This document shows positions 18,288 to 26,934 of a stretch of 64,000 bases of DNA, one piece after another. Both the position numbers and the translations under genes were made by a program. The notes under the pieces are model-generated. The model worked only from the letters and a program-made list of their open reading frames with translations. It had not been told where the DNA came from and did not search any database. Within the stretch, counting starts at the first letter, position 1; each line of letters starts with the position of its first letter. This DNA comes from an uncultured Gammaproteobacteria bacterium (GTDB lineage Bacteria; Patescibacteriota; Patescibacteriia; Magasanikbacterales; UBA922), in contig CAYFPM010000002.1 in the NCBI GenBank assembly GCA_964345045.1, positions 140,330 to 204,329 on the forward strand, read 5' to 3'.

Positions 18288-19139
18288 CTAAAGAAGATTT
18301 TCTTTTTCGGCAAAATGAATAGCTGTTTTTAACAAAGCTATTTTGTTGCCAGTATCAAAATATTCTCCATCGTATTCATAAGCAAGAAAAGGTTTTTTCT
18401 TGGCCAAATCATTGGCAGCGTCGGCTACCCAGATTTCTCCATCTCTTCCTTTACCTTGTTTTTCCAGGCTCTTCCAAATATCTTTGGTAAACACATAACG
18501 CATGCCCCCAACAATAAGTCCATGAGGAGAAACTTTTTTTAGACTTGGCTTTTCTATAAATTTATCAACCTTAAAAACTCTTTTTTCTTTGGTCTCGCTT
18601 GCATAAACATTACCATATTTGGTCATGGCTTGTCGATCGGAAATTCTTTGTACTCCAATTATAGAAGCTTGTTTTTTGTTGAATATTTTTAAAAGTTGTT
18701 TTATTGCCGGAACCTTGGCATCGATTATGCTGTCTCCATCGGAAAAAGCAAATGGTTCATCTCCTACAAATTCTTTGGCACAGAGCAAAGCATGACCATT
18801 GCCTTTTGGAGCTGGTTGTCTGGTATAAAAAAATCTTACTTTTTTACGCAAGTCTATAAGAGGTTGAATTCTATCTAGTTTGCCTTTTTTTTCCAGCATG
18901 TGCTCCAAGGCATTGTCACGATCAAAGTGATCTTCGATTGCTCTTTTGTTGGCACTGGTTACAAACATAATATCTGTAATACCACTTTCGGCCATTTCTT
19001 CTACTATGTACTGTACTACTGGTTTGTCTAGTACTGGTAACATTTCTTTGGGCATGGCTTTGGTAGCTGGCAAAAATCTAGTACCCAATCCTCCCACGGT
19101 AATTACACCTTTTGTCACTTTTTGATTTTTTTGTGGCAT
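18288..19139 (-). CDS. galU: UTP--glucose-1-phosphate uridylyltransferase
   Basis: N-terminus KGVITVGGLGTRFLPATKAMPKEMLPVLDKPVVQYIVEE matches the GalU nucleotidyltransferase signature. Confidence 0.8.
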   Translation of the reverse strand: MPQKNQKVTKGVITVGGLGTRFLPATKAMPKEMLPVLDKPVVQYIVEEMAESGITDIMFVTSANKRAIEDHFDRDNALEHMLEKKGKLDRIQPLIDLRKKVRFFYTRQPAPKGNGHALLCAKEFVGDEPFAFSDGDSIIDAKVPAIKQLLKIFNKKQASIIGVQRISDRQAMTKYGNVYASETKEKRVFKVDKFIEKPSLKKVSPHGLIVGGMRYVFTKDIWKSLEKQGKGRDGEIWVADAANDLAKKKPFLAYEYDGEYFDTGNKIALLKTAIHFAEKENLL

Positions 19140-19231
19140 ACATCTATAAATTTATATGTGGAGACTATATCATGGTCTAACAAATTTTTCTAGAAGAAAA
19201 ATTATGGCATATGACTCCTAACGCTTGGCAG

Positions 19232-19290
19232 ATGACACTTGAAACATGACCCAAGTTATACAAAAACGTCAAGTTACAAGAGTCATGGGT
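19232..19290. repeat. 64-nt intergenic repeat, copy 2
   Basis: Sequence atgacacttgaaacatgacccaagttatacaaaaacgtcaagttacaagagtcatgggt. See copy 1 at 16247. Confidence 0.5.
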
Positions 19291-19294
19291 AATG

Positions 19295-20707
19295 CTATTC
19301 AAGCTCTTCCCAACTAATTAGTTCATAAGTATTGCCAACCGGGAAACCTGGTGGTGGCAAATAACGCAAATTACCATCGTAAATATACAAAGTATCTATA
19401 AAACCAGAGATAACATGCCCCCAACCATTTACCCATTTCATACCACCGGGCAAATAATCTATTTGTGAGCCATAAACAGTTAGGCTGGTTCGGGTTTGAC
19501 CACTATAAAAAGGTCGATGAATGGCTCCAAACTGAGAAAGCATGGCCGCTTCAATAGTCATTTGATCTGGAACTTCGTAAGGAATAATAATATCTCCCTG
19601 GGTAAAAAGCCCGGTCACATCGTCGTCGTTCCTTTGTGCGTAGGTTAGATTACCGGTTACAAAAATATTTTTATAAGGTTGTTGTACTGGAATTTCTCCA
19701 GCAGCCAGACTCAATCGTCCATCTACATTTCCTTCTACCCAGACATCATCTTCTACAAAAATAGCTCCATTGGCTGGTATAGGGTTGCCACTACTTACCA
19801 GCGTTTCATTGCCAATGTCATAACAATAGATATCACCATCCCAATACCAACCTACCCAAAATCTATACCTCCATCTACCACTACCATAATAACAATCTCT
19901 ACTGGTAACTCTGTATAAATCATAGGTACTACCATTGAATACAAAATGCCAACCTTCTTGACCAGAAGAAGTAAGCAAAACACCGGCATCAACCGCCATG
20001 GTACGCAGAGCCGATAGATCTGCTGTTACCCCAAAAAAATCTACACTTGGTACTGGAAATTCCCAAAAGGCTCGGGTCTCGGCATTGGCTCCTCCCCAAA
20101 CACCGTTCCTCCATTGACCAGGTTGGTACTCATAACTATCTTTGGCGCTTCTTACCCAAGAAGTAGCCGTACCATCGAACTTAATTCCTCCGTTGGAATG
20201 GGTTTGTCCGTTTACAGTAGAGGTAAAACTAAAAGACATATTGGAATTGGATACAAAAGCATAATCAGTCAGAGCCGGGAATCCCATCCTAACTTGAATG
20301 GTACGCTTCTCGTCTGGTTTGCCCACTGTCCAACCGGTAGAGCTAACCATTACCACGGTAGTGCCGGACAAAGGTGGTTGAATTTGCAAAGAAAAATAAC
20401 CAACCGTATCACCATCTTTGTCTAGATATGGGTGAACGTATGGCCCAGGTTGGCCAGTACCGTCCTGGTAATCTGTAGGGGCATGAGCTAGATGCCAACG
20501 ATAATAATTTATACCAGACTCAGCAATATGAAAGGCTTGGTCTCTTTTGTAAATTCTGTTGGAAGCTCTGTTTTCTAATATGGCATAAGAAGCCAAACCA
20601 GCCACAATCATAGTAAAAGCAGCCGATCCAAAAATAAGCACAAATATCATTACAGAACCTTTTTTATCATTTTTTAACTTTGTGAATTGTTTAAAAAAAT
20701 TTTTCAT
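19295..20707 (-). CDS. type IV pilus minor-pilin/PilX-like protein
   Basis: N-terminal hydrophobic segment after the basic stretch KKGSVMIFVLIFGSAAFTMIVAGLASYAILENR, followed by a large periplasmic domain. First gene downstream of two prepilin-type genes. Confidence 0.45.
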   Translation of the reverse strand: MKNFFKQFTKLKNDKKGSVMIFVLIFGSAAFTMIVAGLASYAILENRASNRIYKRDQAFHIAESGINYYRWHLAHAPTDYQDGTGQPGPYVHPYLDKDGDTVGYFSLQIQPPLSGTTVVMVSSTGWTVGKPDEKRTIQVRMGFPALTDYAFVSNSNMSFSFTSTVNGQTHSNGGIKFDGTATSWVRSAKDSYEYQPGQWRNGVWGGANAETRAFWEFPVPSVDFFGVTADLSALRTMAVDAGVLLTSSGQEGWHFVFNGSTYDLYRVTSRDCYYGSGRWRYRFWVGWYWDGDIYCYDIGNETLVSSGNPIPANGAIFVEDDVWVEGNVDGRLSLAAGEIPVQQPYKNIFVTGNLTYAQRNDDDVTGLFTQGDIIIPYEVPDQMTIEAAMLSQFGAIHRPFYSGQTRTSLTVYGSQIDYLPGGMKWVNGWGHVISGFIDTLYIYDGNLRYLPPPGFPVGNTYELISWEELE

Positions 20708-20743
20708 ACAATAAATTAATAAACCGTGAACAACCCCAAACAC

Positions 20744-20775
20744 TACTCCCTGTTGCCTCCTGCCTACCCCCTCCC
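20744..20775. repeat. half-copy of the ggcaggaggca palindromic element (family member d)
   Basis: Contains tgttgcctcctgcctaccccctcc. The tgcctaccccct tail also occurs at 36487. Confidence 0.4.
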
Positions 20776-20781
20776 AACTAT

Positions 20782-21405
20782 CTAATTCGTTTTTAAATTT
20801 CTAATATGAGCCACAGACTCCAAAGAAAGAGTTGTGGAATTACTAGCTGTGACTTTTTCAAAATCCAAATTAACTCTAACTACATGCACCATAGTGCTAG
20901 AAGCTGTGTCGGCTACAAAAGGTAGTGGCGTCCCGACTCCATTGTAACTTTCGTCATAATAAGTAAAAACATCGGTTCCATTATCATCGTTAATTACATT
21001 TGTAGCTAGTAGTCTACTGGTTTCGTTTCCCAAATCATAGGTCAAGGGATCTCCACTTGGCTTTACCACTCCTTTGTAAAAAATATTGTTGTTTTGATCC
21101 AAATAAAATCTGATTCTTTCTCTTAGAGAATCTTGATCATCGTTGGCATAAAAAATAAACTCGTATCTTTTGGCAGAAAAAACAGGGTAAGCCCCAGTGC
21201 TGGACTCTTCGGCACGACGAGCTACGTTTACAAATTCACTTAGAGCTCTTCGGCCATCACTTTGCAAACTTAGTTTGTCCCATAGCCTAGCATTATTTCT
21301 TTGACCATAAATAATAAGAGAAGCTGCTCCAATTGTAATTACCATAATGATAGCCATAGCCACCATTATCTCTAGCAAAGAAAATCCTTTGTTATCTTTG
21401 AACAT
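20782..21405 (-). CDS. type IV pilin/pseudopilin (prepilin-type N-terminus)
   Basis: N-terminus MFKDNKGFSLLEIMVAMAIIMVI has the class III signal (G|FSLLE with E at +5). Confidence 0.65.
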   Translation of the reverse strand: MFKDNKGFSLLEIMVAMAIIMVITIGAASLIIYGQRNNARLWDKLSLQSDGRRALSEFVNVARRAEESSTGAYPVFSAKRYEFIFYANDDQDSLRERIRFYLDQNNNIFYKGVVKPSGDPLTYDLGNETSRLLATNVINDDNGTDVFTYYDESYNGVGTPLPFVADTASSTMVHVVRVNLDFEKVTASNSTTLSLESVAHIRNLKTN

Positions 21406-21409
21406 AAAA

Positions 21410-23197
21410 TTATTGAGATACCAAATCTACAGTCATTGATAAATTACCATTAACATCTACTTGACTGGTTTTTGTTTGATAACCGGTTTTGGAAACTTCT
21501 ACAGCATAGCTAGTAGCGGACAAACTTCCAAAATAAGCTTGCCCTGGTGGGGTACAACTGGTGGTATAAGTAAGGGTAAAATCGGACAAAGTGGGGGTAG
21601 TAGAAACTGTATCTGTGGTTAGATAAGTTTTGTATCTTAGGTATCTGTCGCCATCGTGTACACTGCTCACAACCGGAGTAGTTTGATCATAGTATGTCAA
21701 AGCCGTCCCATCTGGACCAAAATAATCCCAACTAGTTGGGGTAGTAGTAACACTGGTGGCCACCTGAAAACGAAGAGAAGTGCTGCCTGTTTCTGGAGGT
21801 TGAGCCAAAGGTTGCCAATCAATATTGACCAAATTGGCAGAAACTCCCAAATCAAATATAGAAGATTCTAACTCTGCACTTGGTACATAATTTTGACCAA
21901 CCAATCTTAATTTCAAATCTCCTGCCGGACTAGAATTTTCTACTCCACCATCGTCACTCCAATATTTGGTGTTGTCTACCATGTTCAATTGATTGCCTCC
22001 ACCAGACCAATCGGTTTGTCTTATATATCCAACTCCTGTTTGCAAAGATTGATTGTAGCTAGTCGAAGTTACAGTAACATTGGCATTGGCCACTGGTTGA
22101 CCGGTCACACTATCGAGCACATTTACCAAAAGTGAATTGGCTGTTTGGGGACCTAGTATCAAATCTACATCTTGCACAGTGTTGGCCGCAATAGCAATAG
22201 GTAGTGGAGGAATTGTCCCGAGCAAATCATAGCCAGTTGGTCGAATTCCATAAGTATCCCAAATCAAATTGGAAAAAGTATAAAGCCCGGAACTATCGGT
22301 AGAAACAGTGGTGCTCACCATTCTAATATCCGGACTAGTACCAAGTAATTTGGAACCGGCAAAAGAGACTGGCACACTACCAACTGGTTGGCAACTACTA
22401 TCTTGGGTAGACAAATTTATTTGTGAAACCAAATCTATCCAAAAACTAATAGAGCTAACTGACTGAGCGATTACAGAAGTTGGCGGTTTGGTAGGGTTGG
22501 GATTTTGTAGGCTAGAGGTAACGGTTTTGTCGGCTGTATAACCGGCTTTGTGTACGGTTAAATGGTATTCTCCTACACCTTCTGGCAAATCTACTATATT
22601 TAACTCTCCGGCATTGTTGGTAACATCGGTAATGTCTACAGTAGAGCTGGTAGAAGTAGCCCATACTCTTACTGTGGCCCCCTGAACTGGTTGGGCTAGT
22701 GAATCGTAAACCGATATAAACAAAGCTCCATTCCATTGATTGCCTTCTAGATATTTTGGTCCAATATAAGAACTAATTATAATTGGATCAGTCTGGCCGC
22801 AACGCACACAGATTACTGATAATTCTACTAATTTGTAATCTGCGGGAGCGGTATCATTTGGCGAACCGCCAATAGTTCCATCAAAAGCGTCGTCAATATT
22901 TCTAATGGTTCTGGTTATTTCAAAATCAATTCCATTTCTGGTGGTGGTTACAGTTCTTTCGAGGACACCGCTAGGACTACCGTTTACTATACCCACATCA
23001 TTAAAAGGAATATTTCTAATTATTTCTATTTGTTCGTTCAAAATTCCGGTTTCTATAATTCTTAACCTAGAGTTATAAACTACTTTGAAAATAAATTGAA
23101 GAGAAGAATATATGCCAATGGCAAAAACCAAAAACACTCCCAAAGTTACGATTATTTCTACGAGAGAATATCCTTTTTTGTTGACAGGCCAATGCAT
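21410..23197 (-). CDS. large type IV minor pilin-like protein with Ig/carboxypeptidase-regulatory-like repeats
   Basis: N-terminus KKGYSLVEIIVTLGVFLVFAIGI (prepilin-like, E at +5). About 560 aa of Thr/Ser/Val-rich beta-repeat sequence. Confidence 0.55.
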   Translation of the reverse strand: MHWPVNKKGYSLVEIIVTLGVFLVFAIGIYSSLQFIFKVVYNSRLRIIETGILNEQIEIIRNIPFNDVGIVNGSPSGVLERTVTTTRNGIDFEITRTIRNIDDAFDGTIGGSPNDTAPADYKLVELSVICVRCGQTDPIIISSYIGPKYLEGNQWNGALFISVYDSLAQPVQGATVRVWATSTSSTVDITDVTNNAGELNIVDLPEGVGEYHLTVHKAGYTADKTVTSSLQNPNPTKPPTSVIAQSVSSISFWIDLVSQINLSTQDSSCQPVGSVPVSFAGSKLLGTSPDIRMVSTTVSTDSSGLYTFSNLIWDTYGIRPTGYDLLGTIPPLPIAIAANTVQDVDLILGPQTANSLLVNVLDSVTGQPVANANVTVTSTSYNQSLQTGVGYIRQTDWSGGGNQLNMVDNTKYWSDDGGVENSSPAGDLKLRLVGQNYVPSAELESSIFDLGVSANLVNIDWQPLAQPPETGSTSLRFQVATSVTTTPTSWDYFGPDGTALTYYDQTTPVVSSVHDGDRYLRYKTYLTTDTVSTTPTLSDFTLTYTTSCTPPGQAYFGSLSATSYAVEVSKTGYQTKTSQVDVNGNLSMTVDLVSQ

Positions 23198-23278
23198 AAG
23201 TATTTAAGCAAAAAAATTTAGCAATTTTTGCTTTGTTTTGTTTACATTATATCACAAGCGGATTAAGCTTGCTTATGG

Positions 23279-23307
23279 TTGACAAAAAGTTAATTATAGA
23301 GTAAGAT
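23279..23307 (+). promoter_or_regulatory. sigma70-like promoter TTGACA-17-TAAGAT for Zn-ribbon gene A
   Basis: TTGACA at 23279-23284, a 17-nt spacer and TAAGAT at 23302-23307. Confidence 0.45.
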
Positions 23308-23326
23308 CTTACATCGATCTTTTTTT

Positions 23327-23394
23327 CACTATTGGGCACTATCTTTATCAAACTTTGGTAACGATTGTGCCCAATAGCGGATTAGGCAACCGCA
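23327..23394 (+). promoter_or_regulatory. conserved leader element A (dyad TTATCAAACTTTGGTAA plus gtgcccaa hairpin)
   Basis: About 62 of 66 nt are identical to the leader at 24836-24893. It lies between the promoter and the ATG. The dyad is at 23345-23361. An inverted repeat attgggcac/gtgcccaat flanks it. Confidence 0.45.
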
Positions 23395-23411
23395 ATTTTT
23401 AAGGAGACAGG

Positions 23412-23801
23412 ATGCAAGCTTGTTTGATTTGTGGGGCGAATACCCCCACCAGCGACGACTTCGAGAGAAACAACGACGACGACTTCGCACGTTTGCAAGT
23501 GTTCAACGGGAATGAACATCGATTCGTCGTGATCTGTGGTGGTTGCTGCGGGGCTCCGGAACCTGTCCTGCTGGGGGTGAACTTGACTGGCCCCGTGTCT
23601 ACAACCGGTTTCAAGATCAAAATCCCCGGGCAAATCCCCAGTCACACCAACATTGCATGGACGCTCGAAGACATCTTGCGCCGCATGATCCAAGGAGCCA
23701 GGGTCCCCGAGCTGACCGATGCGCACATCGCGAAGTTGCTCGAGGCCTTCGGGATCGCCCCCTCCCCCACCCAGCCCCATACTCTCCGTTGGCTGGCGTA
23801 A
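23412..23801 (+). CDS. small Zn-ribbon protein A (129 aa), GC-rich foreign-like gene
   Basis: Motifs CLIC...CGGCC. RBS AAGGAG 6 nt upstream of the ATG. GC-rich codon third positions. Paralog of the ORF at 24910. Confidence 0.5.
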   Translation: MQACLICGANTPTSDDFERNNDDDFARLQVFNGNEHRFVVICGGCCGAPEPVLLGVNLTGPVSTTGFKIKIPGQIPSHTNIAWTLEDILRRMIQGARVPELTDAHIAKLLEAFGIAPSPTQPHTLRWLA

Positions 23802-23919
23802 AGTAGCGGCCTGCTACAGCGGTAGCCCATATACGCACCAGAGTGCGGGCGTACCAAAGGTACCCTGCGCTCGCCCCTATCTCAATTCTTTTTAAAATTA
23901 AAAGTAATTGAAATAAACA

Positions 23920-23948
23920 AAATCCAACACTACGTTGGATTTTGTTTT
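23920..23948 (+). terminator. intrinsic terminator
   Basis: Hairpin atccaac-actac-gttggat followed by TTTGTTTT. Confidence 0.7.
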
Positions 23949-23979
23949 GCAAAAATTTTTGAACCAAAACTAAATACAC

Positions 23980-24008
23980 TTGACAACCCTGCCAGAAAAT
24001 GATAAACC
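23980..24008 (+). promoter_or_regulatory. putative promoter (TTGACA, weak -10)
   Basis: TTGACA at 23980-23985. Candidate -10 elements are GATAAA or TAAACC. Confidence 0.3.
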
Positions 24009-24039
24009 AAAACCAAGTTCACTCTGTAGGAGGAGTACT

Positions 24040-24600
24040 ATGAATAACTTGGAACTGGCCGACTTCGGCATCTCCGGGACCCCCGGCTTTGCCCAGATCG
24101 CCTTCCTCACAACACCCACCCCTACCCAGAACCTTCATGGCATGCTTCGAGCCTTTTTGGCACCAGAGGACGGACTCTGCGACAATCCCCGAGACCTTCA
24201 AGCCAAGATGCTTCGGCTCTCTCGAGACCTCGGCAGACACACCCTGATGGATGAGTGTACTCAAAATTGCTGGGGCAAGCTCTATTACGATAGACGTGTG
24301 AAAGAGCGCAACTTCAGACTATTGATGATTGTCTTCCCGGATCCACTGGTTGCCCTAGGGGTGGCCTTGGACGCCGCCAGCGAGGATCGCGGAGGACTAG
24401 GCAGAATGATAGTGCCCGACGAGGATGTCCGGGCGCAAACCACTGGACTCGATCGTAACAACTACAATTGGTCCAGACCCGAACGCACTGTCCGCCATCG
24501 AAAAGACGGTGCCACCTTCGTTTACCCAGGTGGCAAAAGGCTTCGAATCGACTGGCCCGAACGGCCACCGATGCGTACCCGCTGGCTCAGATCTTTGTAG
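24040..24600 (+). CDS. hypothetical protein (186 aa), GC-rich island gene
   Basis: AGGAGG is 7 nt upstream of the ATG. Translation MNNLELADFGISGTPGF... . No family recognised. Confidence 0.45.
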   Translation: MNNLELADFGISGTPGFAQIAFLTTPTPTQNLHGMLRAFLAPEDGLCDNPRDLQAKMLRLSRDLGRHTLMDECTQNCWGKLYYDRRVKERNFRLLMIVFPDPLVALGVALDAASEDRGGLGRMIVPDEDVRAQTTGLDRNNYNWSRPERTVRHRKDGATFVYPGGKRLRIDWPERPPMRTRWLRSL

Positions 24601-24689
24601 GTAGCCACCGCGCTACCAACCCTAGCGACGAGTTACCCCCTCGTCCTCCCATTCCAATTCTTTTTAGCTTTAGAAATAATTGGACTGTA

Positions 24690-24723
24690 CAAAAACCGAC
24701 TGTGTAAGTCGGTTTTTGTTTTG
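24690..24723 (+). terminator. intrinsic terminator
   Basis: Hairpin aaaccgact-gtgta-agtcggttt followed by TTGTTTTG. Confidence 0.7.
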
Positions 24724-24755
24724 TAAAAATAGTTCTACTAACTTTGGCAAAACAC

Positions 24756-24784
24756 TTGACAAAAACCAAACAATTCTATAACCT
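24756..24784 (+). promoter_or_regulatory. sigma70-like promoter (TTGACA ... TATAAC)
   Basis: TTGACA at 24756-24761. TATAAC at 24777-24782 (15-nt spacer) or TAACCT (17-nt spacer). Confidence 0.45.
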
Positions 24785-24835
24785 AAGTCGTTGTTCTTTG
24801 TAGGAGAAATGCTCAGCATTTATTTCGCCGTTTGA

Positions 24836-24893
24836 CACTGTCTTTATCAAGCTTTGGTAAAGATTGTGCCCAACAGCGGACTTGGCACCCGCA
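24836..24893 (+). promoter_or_regulatory. conserved leader element B (dyad TTATCAAGCTTTGGTAA plus gtgcc/ggcac hairpin)
   Basis: Paralogous to leader A. The dyad is at 24844-24860. A hairpin GTGCC-N13-GGCAC follows. Confidence 0.45.
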
Positions 24894-24909
24894 TCGACCC
24901 GAGGTAATC

Positions 24910-25242
24910 GTGAAAACTTGCATCGTCTGTAATACCCAAACCGTGAAAACCAGTGGCAGTGGATGTGCAGATCCAAGGCTGGAAATCTACAACGGAGGAA
25001 CCGAAGTGTCTCGGTGCATCTGCCCCAAGTGCTGCCAGGCTCGCGAGCCCATCGTGCTCACGGTCTCAAGCTCTGGAGAAGTCGCCCAGCAGCGCATCGG
25101 CAGTGAGACCAACACCGTAAACCGCCTGCCGCTCGCTCAGGTTCTCGCCGCTCTCCAACAAGCAGAGCACATCCACCTCACCGGCAATGAGGTCGCCCAG
25201 ATCACCCGTCACTTCAACGCCCCTCTAGCAGCTGCCAGCTAG
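24910..25242 (+). CDS. small Zn-ribbon protein B (110 aa), paralog of A
   Basis: GTG start after GAGGT. Motifs CIVC...CICPKCC. A shared C-terminal pattern (LT..E.A.I...F) with protein A. Confidence 0.45.
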   Translation: MKTCIVCNTQTVKTSGSGCADPRLEIYNGGTEVSRCICPKCCQAREPIVLTVSSSGEVAQQRIGSETNTVNRLPLAQVLAALQQAEHIHLTGNEVAQITRHFNAPLAAAS

Positions 25243-25352
25243 ATGAGCAACGAACAGAGCGGTGGATACAGCCATACAACTTGGCTCACTCCACCGCTCG
25301 ATCCCAAAAAAGTTATAAATTAAAAAACCGGCTTAGACCGATTTTTTTGTTT

Positions 25353-25685
25353 TTATTTGGCTGTAAAAATTGCCAAGAAAAAAGCAAACAGAAACGAAAG
25401 AATATATGCTGCTACAAAGTTAAGCCAATGAGTTTTTAAAAATTGCGAATTGAAAATAATAAGCACCACGCTAAACAAAATAGCTGCCAAAGCTCCGTAG
25501 ATTCCCCCGATAAGGAATTCTTTGGCCATGGCTTTGTTTTGCATAGTTACCAAAACATAAGAGACTGCAAACACAATTGGAATCCCTCCAATAGCACCGG
25601 CCAAACGTGGTCCAGAGTATTTGGCAATTAGCAAAATAATAGCTGTAACTGCCGCCGAAGCCAAACTTTTTAAAACAATATCCAT
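25353..25685 (-). CDS. small integral membrane protein (about 4 TM helices)
   Basis: 110 aa and hydrophobic throughout. AT-rich native composition inside the GC-rich neighbourhood. Confidence 0.5.
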   Translation of the reverse strand: MDIVLKSLASAAVTAIILLIAKYSGPRLAGAIGGIPIVFAVSYVLVTMQNKAMAKEFLIGGIYGALAAILFSVVLIIFNSQFLKTHWLNFVAAYILSFLFAFFLAIFTAK

Positions 25686-25686
25686 A

Positions 25687-26160
25687 TTAACTCAAAACAT
25701 CATTAATTAAATTATCTACCATTTGTTCTGCTTTTTGCTGCAATTCTTCGTGGCTTAGCACCACCCCTTGATTTTTTAGTTCTGCTATTTGTTCGCGCAC
25801 CAGATCTTCTCGCATTTTTATTATTTCTTCTCTGTATTCGGCAATCTGTTTTTTTAATTCTGCTACCTTGGTTTTGTCCCTAGCTACAGAGGCATCTTCG
25901 CCATCTTCAACCAGTTGCAACTGTTGCCTAATTTTTTTTATAGCTGCCGTTACTTGCTGAATATGTAACAAAATATTCTGCATTTGTTTTTGGCTAGATT
26001 TTATTTCTTTGGTTAGGTAGTCTGCTCTTTCCATGGCAGCAGCTTTTTTCAATTCTGGATCTACTTCGGCTTCTTTGCTTTCTTTTTGTTCTACCCCAAC
26101 TTCGCGCGCTTCTAGCGAACGACGTCTCAGTTCTCGTTCTCTTTCTTTTTCAAAAGACAT
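25687..26160 (-). CDS. coiled-coil protein (157 aa), E/K/Q-rich
   Basis: Heptad-like sequence. No family recognised. Confidence 0.45.
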   Translation of the reverse strand: MSFEKERERELRRRSLEAREVGVEQKESKEAEVDPELKKAAAMERADYLTKEIKSSQKQMQNILLHIQQVTAAIKKIRQQLQLVEDGEDASVARDKTKVAELKKQIAEYREEIIKMREDLVREQIAELKNQGVVLSHEELQQKAEQMVDNLINDVLS

Positions 26161-26273
26161 AGTGGAAGAAGTAAGTTTTAAATTATAAGAAATAAGATTT
26201 GACTATTATATAACATTAAGAAAAGCAAGCCAAAGCCATAACCTTGACTTTTACTTACTTTTGATATAGGTTT

Positions 26274-26714
26274 ATGAACGTGAACGGAGATACCGCCCGC
26301 CGGTTTGTGTGGGCAATCAACCATTCTTGCATGATTCACATGCATTTTTTCGGAGGGGAAGAATATCTTTCGCTGACGAAGTCGCCAGGAGGTATGACTT
26401 ACACAGCCAAACTCGACGACGGCAAGCCCCTCCTGACCATCGAAGGTCACTGGGATGACACCAAAAATGGAGAACACGACTTGAGTGGAGTGTACAAAGC
26501 CAACCTCACTAGCGAAAGGAGCGGCACCCGATTTGTAACATTGTGGGGGTGTACTAACTACACTTTCGTGAATAGTTACCCAGCAAGACTGGAAGGACAC
26601 CCCTTAAAGCGAGGGAAAACTATGACCGCATGGGATTACCTGGCTAGATTTGGCTACCCCCTCGACGTATGCCCCAAAAAAGCCCGTCGAGACAATTCAA
26701 AAACAGCTTTGTAG
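26274..26714 (+). CDS. hypothetical protein (146 aa), GC-rich gene with a leaderless start
   Basis: TTGACT ... TATAGG lies immediately upstream of the ATG. GC-rich codon usage. A terminator follows. Confidence 0.45.
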   Translation: MNVNGDTARRFVWAINHSCMIHMHFFGGEEYLSLTKSPGGMTYTAKLDDGKPLLTIEGHWDDTKNGEHDLSGVYKANLTSERSGTRFVTLWGCTNYTFVNSYPARLEGHPLKRGKTMTAWDYLARFGYPLDVCPKKARRDNSKTAL

Positions 26715-26732
26715 AAAAGCTGTTTTTGTTTT
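26700..26732 (+). terminator. intrinsic terminator
   Basis: Hairpin aacagcttt-gtaga-aaagctgtt followed by TTTGTTTT. The stop codon lies within the loop. Confidence 0.7.
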
Positions 26733-26829
26733 ATACAATTCTACAAAATATTAATATCATCACTACTTTCAAATAAGATCCAAAATTTGTTTAAATGTTT
26801 GTATGTTTAAATGCTTAAATATTTATACC

Positions 26830-26857
26830 AAAAAAGAGCCAATAGGCTCTTTTTTTC
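26830..26857. terminator. bidirectional intrinsic terminator (serves rpsR on the minus strand)
   Basis: Hairpin agagcc-aata-ggctct flanked by an A5 run and a T7 run. Confidence 0.7.
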
Positions 26858-26934
26858 ATAACAGAATTCTTATCTGTGTAATCTACACAAATCAGCCTGC
26901 CCCGATCAAAGTATCGGGGTGAAATCTGTACTTC

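Noticed and set aside
23382-24568. Several 70-130-aa minus-strand ORFs inside the GC-rich island
   Set aside because: GC-rich DNA yields long spurious ORFs. Promoter and terminator orientation, the RBS positions and the paralogy all support the plus-strand genes.
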